IMG/VR virus record: IMGVR_UViG_3300037440_000066 | Span: 1-33,573 of that record | Origin: a virus | Lineage: Duplodnaviria; Caudoviricetes | Length of the DNA stretch: 33,573 nucleotides | Strand: one strand, 5' to 3' | Part shown: piece by piece, positions 1 through 7,968 of the stretch | Layout of the letters: each line of letters begins with the position of its first letter | Numbering within the stretch: position 1 is the stretch's first letter | Program-made: the position numbers and the translations under genes | The notes under the pieces: generated by a model | What the model was told of the DNA's origin: nothing | The model's database searches: none | What the model saw: only the letters and a program-made list of their open reading frames with translations

Positions 1-597
1 TCTCACGCCGAGGCTCTGGAATCTGCTGCGCTGCGTTGCGAGAATGATGGCGACCGCGCAGCGGCTGAGAACGCAAAATCGGTGGCCCGCGCTGCCGATG
101 CCGCTGCCGCTGCCGCTGCCGCTGCCGATGCCGCTGCCGCTGCCAATGCCTATACCTATGCCGCTGCCGCTGCCGATGCCGATGCCGATGCCTATGCCAA
201 TGCCTATGCCGCTGCCGCTGCCGCTGCCGCTGCCGCTGCCGCTGCCGATGCCGCTGCCGATGCCGCTGCCGATGCCAATGCCGATGCCGATGCCAATGCC
301 GATGCCGCTGCCGATGCCGCTGCCGATGCCGCTGCCGATGCCAATGCCGATGCCGATGCCAATGCCGATGCCGATGCCGATGCCGATGCCGCTGCCGATG
401 CCGCTGCCGATGCCAATGCCGATGCCGATGCCAATGCCGATGCCGATGCCGATGCCGATGCCGCTGCCGATGCCAATGCCTATACCTATGCCGCTCGGGA
501 TGAGGTTTTGAATCGGCAAGCAGGAATCGGACTGTCCGCACTGATCGAACTGAACTCACCAGGATGTGCGTTTCTCGGCATCACGGAGGAGTCATGA
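1..597 (+). CDS. Ala/Asp-rich repeat protein, 5' end outside window
   Basis: Frame 1 open from base 1 (SHAEALESAALRCENDG...), ~135 codons of Ala-X repeat, unique C-terminus, stop overlaps next ATG (ATGA 594-597). Confidence 0.75.
   Translation, partial: SHAEALESAALRCENDGDRAAAENAKSVARAADAAAAAAAAADAAAAANAYTYAAAAADADADAYANAYAAAAAAAAAAAAADAAADAAADANADADANADAAADAAADAAADANADADANADADADADAAADAAADANADADANADADADADAAADANAYTYAARDEVLNRQAGIGLSALIELNSPGCAFLGITEES
91..495 (+). repeat. In-frame hexamer tandem repeat GCC-(GAT/GCT/AAT/TAT), about 67 units
   Basis: Read directly; 24-bp GCCAATGCCTATACCTATGCCGCT occurs at 142-165 and 472-495. Confidence 0.95.
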
Positions 598-752
598 ACG
601 CAACCCTGAAGCTCTGGCTTGTGACGCTTTCCGATGGCCGCCGCACCACAGTCGAGGCTGATACGCTAGATCTGGCCTGCGCTGCGGCGGCTCTGCAGTT
701 CGGCATGGACGACCTGCCGGCGGGTGCCGTGGTGATGGAGGTGTCGGAATGA
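594..752 (+). CDS. Hypothetical phage protein, 52 aa
   Basis: GGAGGAG RBS before ATG 594; ATGA coupling at both ends. Confidence 0.75.
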   Translation: MNATLKLWLVTLSDGRRTTVEADTLDLACAAAALQFGMDDLPAGAVVMEVSE

Positions 753-988
753 GCGGCCGTGATACGAAGGCGGTGGGTGCGCTTGCGGCCATTGCCGATG
801 CGGCAACTTGGGTCGGCCCGGATGTAGCCGCGCTAGATGAAGCGTACGCCGCCGTTGCCGAGTTGATGCGTGCGGTGGCTTCATATCAAGGCGAGTGCGA
901 GTCGCCGTGTCCGTGCCACGTAATGAAACAACAGCATCGACGCGAAATGTTCGTAGCACTCGCCCGCTTGCAAGGCGGCGCGTCATGA
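749..988 (+). CDS. Small phage protein with EAYAAVAELM and ALARLQG motifs
   Basis: GGAGG RBS, ATGA coupling; motifs shared with 5491-5802 and 5799-6140. Confidence 0.75.
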   Translation: MSGRDTKAVGALAAIADAATWVGPDVAALDEAYAAVAELMRAVASYQGECESPCPCHVMKQQHRREMFVALARLQGGAS

Positions 989-1290
989 GCGCACACCCCT
1001 ACCACAGTGGCTGCGGCTGTTTCTCTTGCGGGAAGCAAGAAGAATCCGCTGAGTTGCGTGACGAGAGCCTGGACGCCGACGTTAACACCGCGATGGCTGA
1101 CTTCGAAACCGTGCGCGAGGCGTGCTCCGAGGTAACCGGTGGTGACTATTCCGACCACCTGGACGCCGACATTGCCCGCGCCTTGATGACGGGCGACTGG
1201 GTCACTTACGGCGCTGCGATGGAAGCCCTCGTGCGTGCCTACCTGCGCGATGAGGCTGAATCCAACTATAGCCGGAGGATTGGTGCATGA
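985..1290 (+). CDS. Hypothetical acidic phage protein with N-terminal CxCxxC
   Basis: ATG 985 overlaps upstream stop; stop overlaps next ATG. Confidence 0.7.
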   Translation: MSAHPYHSGCGCFSCGKQEESAELRDESLDADVNTAMADFETVREACSEVTGGDYSDHLDADIARALMTGDWVTYGAAMEALVRAYLRDEAESNYSRRIGA

Positions 1291-2108
1291 GCGCGAACGA
1301 GACGAAGGTTGTGCCTGATGCTCTGCTGGCTCTGGAAGTTGCCATCGATGCGGCCACCAACACCAGAGTTACCCTTCACTTGACGAGAGCGCGACAACTT
1401 CTCACCGCCCTGTCATCCACGGGAGGCGGGAAGCCACGCCCAACCGACGACGAACTGTGGGACCAGACGCTCAAAGAGCGCGACCACTATCACGACATGG
1501 CCGATCGCTTGGCGGACTGCATTGCCGATATCACCGGAGTTGACATCGGCGAGCACTCAAGCATGAACTGCCCGTGGCACGAGGCCACTGCAGCCGCGCA
1601 AGATTACGTAGGGAACCCAGTCAACGGGATCGAGCTTCGAAACGCGCTATCTGCTGCGGTTGAGTGGGCTCGCCCCATGGAGGAAGCGCCGAGGGCGAGT
1701 TGCCCTGACTGGTTCCACATGGCTAAGGCCGCTCTAGCAAAGCCCGCCAGCCAGCGGGTGCCGGAGGGGTACGTGTTGGTGCCGGAGCGCCCTACAGGAG
1801 ACATGCTCGACGCCATGCTGGACCCATGGCTGCAGTCGGGTGGAACAGAACGCGATTGCCTGACGAGCGCATGGAGTGGCGCACTCGCCGGCGCCCCATC
1901 GCCTGCGGCTGCTGCGCTCGTGGCGGATGATGCGGCCGTCGAGCGTGCAGTTAAGGCAATTGCAGCACACTGGTTTCACGTCAACGAAACAAAACTGCCC
2001 TTGGAGCTTGCGGAAGAGCTTGCAAGCTTGGCACTAAACCTTTCCGACATCGAAATACCGCAGACGCCAGAGCCGATGCACATACCTGTTACAAGAGACG
2101 AGGAATAA
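1287..2108 (+). CDS. Mosaic accessory protein (Ea22/Ead-like modular type)
   Basis: GGAGG RBS; VPEGYVLVP motif typical of lambdoid early accessory proteins; three linkers shared with 6137-6925. Confidence 0.7.
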   Translation: MSANETKVVPDALLALEVAIDAATNTRVTLHLTRARQLLTALSSTGGGKPRPTDDELWDQTLKERDHYHDMADRLADCIADITGVDIGEHSSMNCPWHEATAAAQDYVGNPVNGIELRNALSAAVEWARPMEEAPRASCPDWFHMAKAALAKPASQRVPEGYVLVPERPTGDMLDAMLDPWLQSGGTERDCLTSAWSGALAGAPSPAAAALVADDAAVERAVKAIAAHWFHVNETKLPLELAEELASLALNLSDIEIPQTPEPMHIPVTRDEE

Positions 2109-2111
2109 GTC

Positions 2112-2321
2112 ATGAACCAGGACCCCACCATGACAAAATGGCCGCGTAACCCGCAGATCGGCGATCCGGTTAATCCGATGGACACCACGCTGCGGTATCG
2201 CGCCATGTCGGTGCTGTATGGCATCGTGCCAGACCCACTGCCCGACACTGTTGACGAAGCACGAGACGTCCTCGCGTGGGCTACGCAGATACATGGGGCA
2301 AGAATTGAACCGTCAGGCTGA
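2112..2321 (+). CDS. Hypothetical protein, 69 aa
   Basis: GAGG RBS, 3 nt after the upstream stop. Confidence 0.6.
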   Translation: MNQDPTMTKWPRNPQIGDPVNPMDTTLRYRAMSVLYGIVPDPLPDTVDEARDVLAWATQIHGARIEPSG

Positions 2322-2460
2322 GTCCATCCCCTACTCGCCTGGCGCAATCCGGGCCATTATGGCCCGATGAAGCCGTCGCCAACGCCCTCCCCTGGGCATG
2401 AGCGACCCCGGGAAGGCAACCGGGACTTATTCCACAAACCAGCCAATTGGAGTTCTAACA

Positions 2461-3360
2461 ATGGCACTTCGCATCGTTAAATCCGCCGACCCGATCACCG
2501 TGGAACGGCTCAACGTCTGCCTATACGGCCCCCCTGGGCTGGGCAAGACCACCCTCGCATTCACCGCCGACCAGCCCTTGCTGCTCGACTTCGACAGCGG
2601 CGCGCATCGCGCTGCCAACCGTCAGGACACCGTTCGAGTGGAGCGCTGGGACGACGTGTCGGGAATTGCCGAGAAGGATCTGGCCGACTACCGCACGGTC
2701 GTCGTGGACACCGCAGGCCGCGCGCTGGACGTTCTGTCGGCCGACATCATACGCAGAAATGCCAAGCTCGGTCGTGGCGGTGCGCTGACCCTGCAGGGCT
2801 ACGGCGCGCTGAAGGCCGAGTTCGTGGCGTGGTTGAAGCAACTCAACAGCTTCGGCAAGGACGTGATCCTGATCGCACACATGGACGAGCAGCGCAACGG
2901 CGACGAGATAATCGAGCGCCTGGACGTGCAGGGAGGGTCGAAGGGTGAGATTTACAAATCCGCCGACGCGATGGGACGGATGTCCATCCGCAACGGGCAG
3001 CGCATCCTCAACTTCAGCCCTACCGATGCCGCGTTCGGAAAGAATCCCGGGCAGTTGGAGCCGCTGGAGGTCCCGCACCCGAACGTGGAGCCGCAGTTCC
3101 TCGCCGGCGTGATGGCGAAAATCAAGGATCGGCTGAACGAGCTGACCGCAGAGCAGCAGGCAGCGCAGGCCGTATTGGAGAAGTGGCGCCTGAGCCTGGC
3201 AGACGTGGAGGACGCGATGGGCGTTAACGGGCTGATCCCGGATGCGAAGGCGGCAGGCAAGGCGGCGTCCGCCCTATTGCACGACCGAGCTACGAAGCTC
3301 GGCCTGCACTTCGACACGAAGGCCGGAGAGTACGCGGCCCCCGTCGAGAAGGCAGACTGA
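2461..3360 (+). CDS. AAA-family P-loop ATPase, Sak4-like recombination protein
   Basis: Walker A GPPGLGKTT, LLLDFDSG, Walker B VVVDT, ILIAH; GGAG RBS before ATG 2461; adjacent to a nuclease. Confidence 0.8.
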   Translation: MALRIVKSADPITVERLNVCLYGPPGLGKTTLAFTADQPLLLDFDSGAHRAANRQDTVRVERWDDVSGIAEKDLADYRTVVVDTAGRALDVLSADIIRRNAKLGRGGALTLQGYGALKAEFVAWLKQLNSFGKDVILIAHMDEQRNGDEIIERLDVQGGSKGEIYKSADAMGRMSIRNGQRILNFSPTDAAFGKNPGQLEPLEVPHPNVEPQFLAGVMAKIKDRLNELTAEQQAAQAVLEKWRLSLADVEDAMGVNGLIPDAKAAGKAASALLHDRATKLGLHFDTKAGEYAAPVEKAD

Positions 3361-3362
3361 CC

Positions 3363-3866
3363 GTGCTGGCACCGCTAACCGTGGAGCGCGCGAGGGAGCT
3401 TTTGTCCTTCGACCCGACAACAGGAGAGGTTCGTTGGCGGGTGAATAAGAGGCCGCGGGCGAAGGCCGACGGGATCGCTGGATGCGCCATGTCGAACGGC
3501 TACCGCAAGCTCAGTGTCGATGGGCGGGAGTACCTGGTGCACCGCGTCGCGTGGCTGATCGTCACCGGAGAGTGGCCAGAGTGCGAGATCGACCACATCA
3601 ACGGCGATCCGTCCGACAACCGGCTGGACAACTTACGCGAAGCGACCAGGGCGGAGAACTGCCAGAACCTCGCATGGTCCGGAAACGCCGCGGGCGCTCC
3701 CGGGGTTTCGTTCTGCAAGGCAAATGGTCTCTGGCACGCACAGATCACCATTCGGATGAAGAACGAGCACTTGGGCTACTTCGCGTCGAAGGACGCAGCG
3801 GCCGAGGCGTACCGAGCCGCGAAGGCCGAACTCCACACGTTCCAGCCTGAAGTGAGGGCCGCCTGA
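3363..3866 (+). CDS. HNH endonuclease with C-terminal AP2-like domain
   Basis: HRVAW...IDHINGDPSDNRLDNLR; GVSF...WHAQI...HLGYF...AAEAY. Confidence 0.9.
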   Translation: MLAPLTVERARELLSFDPTTGEVRWRVNKRPRAKADGIAGCAMSNGYRKLSVDGREYLVHRVAWLIVTGEWPECEIDHINGDPSDNRLDNLREATRAENCQNLAWSGNAAGAPGVSFCKANGLWHAQITIRMKNEHLGYFASKDAAAEAYRAAKAELHTFQPEVRAA

Positions 3867-4456
3867 TGCTTGCCAGAGTCAGTAACTTAGAAGCTTTCAG
3901 GTACTGGCGGGAGGCCGAGGATCAGACCGTAGAGGACTTGGTCGAGCGCCTGACCACATTCCAGCCGACGCCGGCGATGCAGGCTGGCACCGCGTTCCAC
4001 AAGGCGCTTGAGTTGGCCGAGGAAGGCGAGCACGAAACCCTGGCCGCAGACGGCTACACCTTCATCATGCCTGAGGGGACGCTGGTGCTTCCCCCGGTGC
4101 GTGAGCTACGCGGGTTCAAGGCCTACGGCCCGCTGACCGTCACCGGCTGCGTGGACGCCACCACGGGCAAGCGCGTGGACGACCACAAGACCACCGCGCG
4201 CTTCGACCCGGAACGCTACCTCGCAGGCTACCCGTGGCGCCTGTACCTGGACATTTTCGACGCGGACATCTTCCGCTGGAATGTGTTCGAGGTCCGCGAG
4301 ACGAAGCGGCTGGTGTACGAGGTCAGCTCTCCGCAGACGCTGGAGGCCTACCGCTACCCGGGTCTGCACGAGGACTGCGCGCGTCTGGCTGCGGAGTTCT
4401 ACGAGTTCGCGCGGGTGCATATGCCGGACTTCAACGCCCTTACGGAGGCCGCATGA
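3866..4456 (+). CDS. PD-(D/E)XK family exonuclease-like protein
   Basis: GTAFH, GCVD, DHKTT motifs; TGATG coupling; in recombination module. Confidence 0.7.
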   Translation: MLARVSNLEAFRYWREAEDQTVEDLVERLTTFQPTPAMQAGTAFHKALELAEEGEHETLAADGYTFIMPEGTLVLPPVRELRGFKAYGPLTVTGCVDATTGKRVDDHKTTARFDPERYLAGYPWRLYLDIFDADIFRWNVFEVRETKRLVYEVSSPQTLEAYRYPGLHEDCARLAAEFYEFARVHMPDFNALTEAA

Positions 4457-4611
4457 CCAGCAAGCCAGACACCCGAACCCCGGAGGAGCGCCGCAAGGCC
4501 GGCCGTCAGGCATCCCCGTGGAACCGAGGCCCGATGTGCGAGACGGCACGCGCCAGGGCTGCGCACATGCGCTACGTGAAGCGTGGTAAGGCGATGAGGG
4601 GTGAGAAATGA
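4453..4611 (+). CDS. Small basic hypothetical protein, 52 aa
   Basis: GGAGG RBS, ATGA overlap at 4453. Confidence 0.65.
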   Translation: MTSKPDTRTPEERRKAGRQASPWNRGPMCETARARAAHMRYVKRGKAMRGEK

Positions 4612-4633
4612 CATCCCTTAATAGGAGAGCCCC

Positions 4634-4930
4634 ATGAATAACAATCCCGCAGCGGTGCCGAGTGGTGCTGACTATGGCCGCGCGTTCCTAGAATCGAAGA
4701 AACGAGTTTTTACAATGCACGAGGAAGTGGAAAGCTTCATTGATGCGCGCGCCCGCGAATTCGCCGACAAGACATGCGCGTGGGCAGAGGACGAGGACGG
4801 ATCATGGGACACGGCTTGCGGTGAGAAGTGGCAGTTCACCCATGGCGGACCATCCGAAAACAACTTCCGTTTCTGTCACGGCTGCGGCAAGCCTGTCGCG
4901 ATCACAGAACCAGGAGAACCTGACCAATGA
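4634..4930 (+). CDS. Hypothetical protein with C-terminal zinc ribbon
   Basis: AGGAG RBS; C..W...TACG...FCHGCGKP. Confidence 0.7.
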   Translation: MNNNPAAVPSGADYGRAFLESKKRVFTMHEEVESFIDARAREFADKTCAWAEDEDGSWDTACGEKWQFTHGGPSENNFRFCHGCGKPVAITEPGEPDQ

Positions 4931-5082
4931 AACACGACCCCATCACCGATGAGTTCATCGAACTGTCGATCTTCATGACCGTAGCCGTTCTGGCGGTCGC
5001 GCTGTTTGTGTTCACGCCGCTTGGCGACCTCACGTTCAACGCGGTCTACCGCATGGTGCAGTACGTGTTCGGGGCGTCGTGA
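4927..5082 (+). CDS. Small membrane protein, 51 aa (MKHDPITDEFIELSIFMTVAVLAVALFVF...)
   Basis: Translated by hand, below ORF-track cutoff; AGGAG RBS; coupled at both ends; hydrophobic segment. Confidence 0.7.
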   Translation: MKHDPITDEFIELSIFMTVAVLAVALFVFTPLGDLTFNAVYRMVQYVFGAS

Positions 5083-5309
5083 TGAAGAAGTCTACGCACA
5101 TCGCGACCGCCGCAAAATCATTGGCTCGCCTCTATGGGTGGCAAACCATAGTCGATATCCTCGAAGGGTCTTCAAGCCCTGCACAAGGCCCCCTAGGGCA
5201 TGCCGCAGGACAACGGATAATCAAGGATTGCAAGCGGCAAGCGCAGCGTTGTCTGAAAGATTACGACAAGGCAGTTAAGGCCGCGCAACAAGCGCGCCGG
5301 GAGCCATGA
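5082..5309 (+). CDS. Hypothetical protein, about 75 aa
   Basis: TGATG coupling within operon. Confidence 0.6.
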   Translation: MKKSTHIATAAKSLARLYGWQTIVDILEGSSSPAQGPLGHAAGQRIIKDCKRQAQRCLKDYDKAVKAAQQARREP

Positions 5310-5494
5310 TGCTCGACACCCTGTCCATCGCGTGCATCCGCCTGTTCGTCGTGCTGGGTCTGGCGTCGGTCGTTGTGACCGTGATGTACGCCGAGCAGGT
5401 TGTCGGTTTCGCGTGGCCCGCTGGAATCTTCGTAGCCGAACTGGTTGCAGCCGGTGCTGCGTTCGTGCTGCTTAAACTGAGGGATGATCGATGA
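5306..5494 (+). CDS. Small two-TM membrane protein
   Basis: Two hydrophobic stretches; GGAG RBS; ATGA coupling. Confidence 0.65.
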   Translation: MMLDTLSIACIRLFVVLGLASVVVTVMYAEQVVGFAWPAGIFVAELVAAGAAFVLLKLRDDR

Positions 5495-5802
5495 ACGCGA
5501 AGCCGATGGACGTGCTGTCAGTGTTGGGTCGTGCGATTGACCGTGAAGCTTTCCCCCACACCGAGGGTCTACATGAAGCGTACAACTCCGTGGCCGGACT
5601 GATCGAAGACCGTGCTCGCTTCAATTTCATGATTGAACGCGAATACATCGTGCGCAAACTCAGCGATACATACTTGTGGATGCTCTTAGACCGAGACGGC
5701 TACCCAATCACAGGGAACGAACATGACACCGCGCGCGAAGCTATAGACGAGCGCATCACCCAAGTCGCCGCTCTCGCCCGCGTACAGGGAGATACGAAAT
5801 GA
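5491..5802 (+). CDS. Small phage protein (MDVLSVL / EAYNSVAGLI / ALARVQG)
   Basis: Coupled; paralogous motifs with 749-988. Confidence 0.75.
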   Translation: MNAKPMDVLSVLGRAIDREAFPHTEGLHEAYNSVAGLIEDRARFNFMIEREYIVRKLSDTYLWMLLDRDGYPITGNEHDTAREAIDERITQVAALARVQGDTK

Positions 5803-6140
5803 ACGACAAGAAGGCGGTTGATGTGCTGGCGGTGCTGGATCGGGCGCGCGATGTGCTCGCCGAAATCTACGCCAAACACCAGCGCGCAATCGGCCCATTC
5901 GCCACGCAGGCGCAGAAATCGAATGGCTCGCTGCGCGAAGCCCGCGCCGCCGTGGCAGAGTTGATACGCAGTAATGACGCGATGAAGGACGAAATACGCG
6001 ATTTGGAAAACGAGCTGAATCGTGCCCGCGCAGAGCGAAGCTCGGCGGAAACTGCGCTTGTCTGCGCTAACGAAGGACTTGCAGCGGCATCGGACCTGAT
6101 CAAATTTCAGAGAGCCGTGATAGAGGGAGAGGAGTTATGA
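5799..6140 (+). CDS. Small phage protein (VDVLAVL / EARAAVAELI) with coiled-coil C-terminus
   Basis: Coupled; paralogous motifs. Confidence 0.75.
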   Translation: MNDKKAVDVLAVLDRARDVLAEIYAKHQRAIGPFATQAQKSNGSLREARAAVAELIRSNDAMKDEIRDLENELNRARAERSSAETALVCANEGLAAASDLIKFQRAVIEGEEL

Positions 6141-6925
6141 ACGACAAGACAGACGTGCGCCAGCGGGCTCGGGAGTTGTTGGCTACAGAGTGTGATAACA
6201 ACGGATGGGCTGCGCAAGCCAATTTGCTTCGCAATAGCTTAGAAGCGCTAGACGAATACAACACGTACTTCAGCATAACGCACTTCAATATCGCCTTGCG
6301 CGCCATCGAAGCAGCCCTGTCCTCCACGGCAGGCGTGGAGGCGGAGCTACCGTACCGCGATGAAATGACGAACGGAGAGTGTGCGGACAAGCTGCAAAGC
6401 TACCTTGATGCAGCCAAAGAACACGACCCGGCGCAATGGCCTCGCGCGATCAATCCGTGCATCCAGCGTGCTATCTACTGTCTCCGCAATCCGCCGTTCC
6501 AGCGGTTCATCGCAGAAAACGAAATGGTACAGCCGCGGGGACATAACGGCCGAGGCGGCAATCACGAATGCGCAGCCACGCAGCCTGTTGCCGGTGATGC
6601 TGTGCAGGAGTTGCCGGGCCGCGACAGGGAAGCCCTGCTCTACCTGATGCGGCAGTTCGATGTGGAGTCGTGGGAGTGCCCAAAGTGCGGGCATAGCGAG
6701 GACACGGCATCGATGGATAGCGCCGACTATCTGCGCAAGTTCCTGGAAGGCTCCCGGGCCGCCAGCCAGCGGGTGCCGGATGAAAAATATCCCGATGATG
6801 GGAATGGCGACGATGACGCCTATAACGCGGGGTTCAACGAATGCCGACGCTTATGGATCGCCGCCGCCCCATCGCCTGCCGCTGCTGCGCCCGTGGTGGA
6901 TGATGCTAGCGAGAAAGACTCATGA
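6137..6925 (+). CDS. Mosaic accessory protein with CPKCG zinc motif
   Basis: GAGGAG RBS; YNAGFNECR motif; linkers shared with 1287-2108. Confidence 0.7.
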   Translation: MNDKTDVRQRARELLATECDNNGWAAQANLLRNSLEALDEYNTYFSITHFNIALRAIEAALSSTAGVEAELPYRDEMTNGECADKLQSYLDAAKEHDPAQWPRAINPCIQRAIYCLRNPPFQRFIAENEMVQPRGHNGRGGNHECAATQPVAGDAVQELPGRDREALLYLMRQFDVESWECPKCGHSEDTASMDSADYLRKFLEGSRAASQRVPDEKYPDDGNGDDDAYNAGFNECRRLWIAAAPSPAAAAPVVDDASEKDS

Positions 6926-7329
6926 ATATCGCTGAACAGATAGAGGCGAGGTCAATCCCGGTGCCCGAGTCCGGGTGTTGGCTATGGGAGCGATCAACCA
7001 ACGCCAAGGGCTACGGTTACACAGGCACAGGGAGCGCACCTAGGCTTGCCCACCGGGCATCGTTTGAGGCATTCATCGGCCCCATACCGAAAGGTTTGAA
7101 CGTATGCCATAAGTGCGACACGCCATCTTGCGTAAACCCCGACCACCTGTTCGCGGGTACGCAGGCCGACAACATCAGGGATTGCGCAGCAAAGGGCCGG
7201 ATCGCGGGGCAACGACAAACCCATTGCAAGCACGGCCATGAATTTACCACGGAGAACACAAGGATCGTGCCCGGAAGAGATGACGAAAGCACAAATGGAA
7301 GAGTGGATGAAGCATCAAGTTGGAATTGA
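6922..7329 (+). CDS. HNH endonuclease (His-Cys type), probably C-terminally truncated
   Basis: GCWLW...GYG...AHRAS...[16 protein letters not shown]...DN; [13 protein letters not shown] with no following CxxC. Confidence 0.8.
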   Translation: MNIAEQIEARSIPVPESGCWLWERSTNAKGYGYTGTGSAPRLAHRASFEAFIGPIPKGLNVCHKCDTPSCVNPDHLFAGTQADNIRDCAAKGRIAGQRQTHCKHGHEFTTENTRIVPGRDDESTNGRVDEASSWN

Positions 7330-7331
7330 CC

Positions 7332-7517
7332 ATGAATGACCTCCCGCCCGGAACCATCAGCATCGAGATTCGCGGAATCTACGACGGCGTCAGCGTCTAC
7401 AAGCTTCCAGACGGCACTCTGGTCAACCGGTGGAAGCCAGACGAGCGACCTTATGCGGAAACGCAGGATTGGATCGAGCGGTACGAAGCCGCGCAACTAC
7501 AAGGAACAACGCCATGA
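7332..7517 (+). CDS. Hypothetical protein, 61 aa
   Basis: ATG 7332; stop overlaps next ATG. Confidence 0.65.
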   Translation: MNDLPPGTISIEIRGIYDGVSVYKLPDGTLVNRWKPDERPYAETQDWIERYEAAQLQGTTP

Positions 7518-7609
7518 CCCGAGAGCAGCAAGACCGAATCGACAACTGGACTATCACCATCGGGGCCGTGTGTGTTGTCCTGGTGCTGGCTTGGAGGGTG
7601 TTCGGTTAA
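7514..7609 (+). CDS. Tiny single-TM protein, 31 aa (MTREQQDRIDNWTITIGAVCVVLVLAWRVFG)
   Basis: Translated by hand; AAGGA RBS; ATGA overlap; last gene of + operon. Confidence 0.6.
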   Translation: MTREQQDRIDNWTITIGAVCVVLVLAWRVFG

Positions 7610-7676
7610 GTGCCCAGTGTAGGAAAAGCCCTATCCCTCCAACGCCGCCCGCCGGCCTCTATCGCGCCCTGCCGTG

Positions 7677-7961
7677 CTACGGGGCTTCCGGGAAATCCGT
7701 TTCTACGGCCCCCTCTGCCGCCGCTCGGGCCGCATCCACTGCCTCGTGCCCTTCGTACTCGCGCAACACCTGAAGGCAAAACTGCCGAAACGCCGTGACG
7801 TAGATTTCAGCTTTCTGGGCGTTGGTGCCGGCCTCGTACTCAGACAGCCTGGCCTCGCGGTAGGACAGCGCCTTGCCGAGCCGGTTGAGTTGGCTCGCAG
7901 TCGCCGTGCCGTTAATCAGGGCGTCGCCGATGGCTTGCCCGCGTTGAAGATAGGTAGCCAT
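7677..7961 (-). CDS. Small helical protein after tail fibre (possible fibre assembly protein)
   Basis: GAGG RBS; position immediately downstream of fibre gene. Confidence 0.6.
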   Translation of the reverse strand: MATYLQRGQAIGDALINGTATASQLNRLGKALSYREARLSEYEAGTNAQKAEIYVTAFRQFCLQVLREYEGHEAVDAARAAAEGAVETDFPEAP

Positions 7962-7968
7962 CAGTGCC

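Noticed and set aside
91-495. CRISPR array or DGR variable repeat
   Set aside because: No repeat-spacer structure, cas genes, reverse transcriptase or template copy in the window
44-511. Pro/Met/Leu repeat ORF and antisense Ala/Ser ORF 204-476
   Set aside because: Alternative frames of the hexamer array; frame 1 has protein-like flanks and operon coupling
3866-4456. Cas4 / CRISPR-associated call
   Set aside because: Lacks the four-Cys Fe-S pattern and has no CRISPR context
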